Of a stretch of 64,000 bases of DNA, positions 61,660-64,000 are shown in pieces. Under the pieces are notes generated by a model. The model ran no database searches and was not told the DNA's origin. It was given only the letters and a program-made list of their open reading frames with translations. Source of the stretch: the human T2T-CHM13v2.0 reference genome, Homo sapiens; the NCBI RefSeq assembly GCF_009914755.1, contig NC_060931.1; one strand, 5' to 3'. The position numbers and the translations under genes are program-made. The first letter of the stretch is position 1. The number at the start of each line of letters is the position of its first letter.

Positions 61660-62038
61660 TAAAAAATTACACGGAGCAATTTCCAGCTTATCTTTTTTTA
61701 TAAAAGTACTGCCTATATCAAACATTTTATATCACGTTAATTCCATTGAAGAGCTGCCTTTTTCTGTTAAGGTACTGATTCCAATTGATGGGATACATGC
61801 CCTTAATACAGAAAGTTTCCATTATTTATTCAAATATCAAAATTAAGATTATTGAGAAGTTTATTGCTTTATGGCTGGGCAAGATGCTACTAGCACATTT
61901 TAGGTAAATAATATTCTTTATTAAAAACTATGAGGTCATTCTGTTTAAAACTTTCAAGATAATTCACGGAAAACAGATATATCTATTCAAATTAAACATT
62001 AAAGGGCCAGGCTACTAGCTATAGACATTTATATGTGA

Positions 62039-62407
<369 letters not shown>

Positions 62408-62667
62408 TAATTGAAATGAGTAACACCTGGAAGACCAATATTGTTACGCTATGTTCTGTTAGGATCTTTAAAAAAAAAAAAAAAAAACTCAGATATTTAG
62501 TAGTCCATTCGTGCTTAAAATATTCATATGCATGAGAAGCCTAAAGAAAAAAAACACCTCTGTACATGATGATCAAAAGAAAGTTATAAATTTTTTTGAA
62601 ATTGCACTGTTATTTAAACCACTTTCCTGAAGTCAGACCCTCCTTGTAGCTGGCACAGTTTTTCAGG

Positions 62668-62829
62668 TCAATTGGCAACCTGGGGAGGCCCCTCTGGTAT
62701 TAGTGAAGTAAAGAAGGTGGTGATGAAAGACCAAGCTGAAGCCATTAATCCAGGCCTTTGAATTGCACTGGCATCTTCACCTCCATCTTCTCCACTCTCA
62801 TCTTCAAGCCCATCATCCATAAGACGCTC
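62668..62829 (-). CDS. HERPUD2: HERPUD2 last coding exon (ERLMDDGLEDESGEDGGEDASAIQRPGLMASAWSFITTFFTSLIPEGPPQVAN*)
   Basis: Manual minus-strand translation gives 53 aa plus TGA (62668-62670). Acceptor ctttcttgttttgcttgaaAG ends at 62830. The C-terminus matches the HERP family and PEGPPQVAN is the HERPUD2 form as I recall it. Confidence 0.96.
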   Translation of the reverse strand, partial: ERLMDDGLEDESGEDGGEDASAIQRPGLMASAWSFITTFFTSLIPEGPPQVAN

Positions 62830-63289
62830 CTTTCAAGCAAAACAAGAAAGATACTCCTGAGTGATATGAACGAGCATTAGCTCATAATAGAATACAGTTA
62901 AATTCTTTGTAGAACAAAGGACTATGAAGTGGTATGTATGTGGTCATTAGAAATCTTTAAGGCCAAAATTGATAAATTCCTCACTGTTCCGTAAAGGGGA
63001 CAACTGCCAATGCAATACAATAAATTCTTACCATGTGTATAATTTTATTTCTAGGCTATTTTCAAGAAAAAAAAAGTTACTTCTTCCCATTTAGTTATAA
63101 TATATGACTGATTCAGTATAATATTCTAAGTTCTCCCAAATGAAACCACCACAATTTATATGTTAGTTTTCTTTCATGTGCCATTTCACAAATACTTATG
63201 GAACATCCAACATTCTTTCATCATGTTGGTCCCATACCGTGCTGGGAAAATCTCAGTATCTTAAGTATACAAAAGCTTCAATCACATAC

Positions 63290-63407
63290 CATTTCTTCAA
63301 GTTCCAAGTTGTTTGCATTTTGCCCATCATTGTTAACTTCGGCATTATTGTTGGGAGCCTGCTGATGACCTCCTTCTTGCCTAAAAGGAAACCATCCAGC
63401 TTGGTGT
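63290..63407 (-). CDS. HERPUD2: HERPUD2 penultimate coding exon (HQAGWFPFRQEGGHQQAPNNNAEVNNDGQNANNLELEEM)
   Basis: 118-nt exon with acceptor ttttactgaacAG and donor GTATGT at 63289. The phase-0 end joins the last exon in frame. HQAGWFPFR is a HERP-family motif. Upstream exons lie beyond the window. Confidence 0.95.
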
Positions 63408-64000
63408 CTGTTCAGTAAAATAAAGAGAAAATAAAATAAGTCACAGTTGTTTTTATTTGTAACACTATAAAATGTTATTAGTGTCCTATAAGAGAAAAAT
63501 GATTAAAACTATAATAAATAAAAAGACCAAATCTCCCACTTCAGGACAGGGAACTACCCTTTTCAAAGCAACGACAGCAAAAGAAAACCAACCCAAATCT
63601 CTAAGTCTATCATGGACTCCACTGGCTCTATGTTAGTTATTAAAACATATCAGGAATCATAAATCTTTTCTGGTACTTTTCAAAATGAAATACAACTTAG
63701 ATATTTGTTTGCCCCTTGGAGAGAAGGGAGCAGGGGAAAAATAGTCTACTTATGAAAAAAATCTGGCTTATACCTATAGAACTTACTATTGGTAATTCTA
63801 ATGAAAGAGGATGACCTTATGCAGGAGTGCATCATACACTTGTTAAGTTCGAAATAATGGATAGAGTATGTCTCACTGAATGAACAACTTTTATAAAATA
63901 CAGTAAACAAAAAATCTGCTTCTAAATAATTCTGATAAACATTCTCACTCAACAAAACCTTCCCTTGCTTTTGGCATCAAAAACATGCCAGATATCTAAA

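Noticed and set aside
63746-63955. Minus-strand ORF as a further HERPUD2 exon
   Set aside because: Does not encode the expected HERP transmembrane segment; intronic.

Overview
Primate (human-like) genomic DNA, mostly intergenic and repeat-rich. The only protein-coding gene I can support is the 3' end of HERPUD2 on the minus strand: two terminal coding exons (63290-63407 and 62668-62829, C-terminus ...IPEGPPQVAN*) and a ~1 kb 3' UTR containing an Alu. The ORF track misses both exons. From recalled knowledge this places the window on human 7p14, on the TBX20 side of HERPUD2. The other ~61 kb holds about 20 Alus, L1/L2/MIR fragments, MaLR/ERVL/ERV1 LTRs, a decayed ERVL pol, DNA transposons and microsatellites. 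Nearly all listed ORFs are repeat-derived or chance frames. The most notable structure the repeats do not explain is an ancient, highly diverged direct duplication (~28.2-34.0 kb vs ~37.0-39.6 kb). It includes unique sequence and paralogous minus-strand ATG-to-splice-donor segments, and could be the fossil of a lost tandem gene pair (speculative). Other points: an MLT2A LTR with a DUX4 motif inserted in the centre of a perfect hairpin; a 69-bp local templated copy; a tail-to-tail inverted Alu pair with a 17-bp spacer; a (GGAA)17 tract; strong CTCF motifs; and a ~770-bp AT-only tract just past the HERPUD2 poly(A) site. Repeat subfamily names come from recalled consensus sequences and boundaries are approximate unless a TSD is given.
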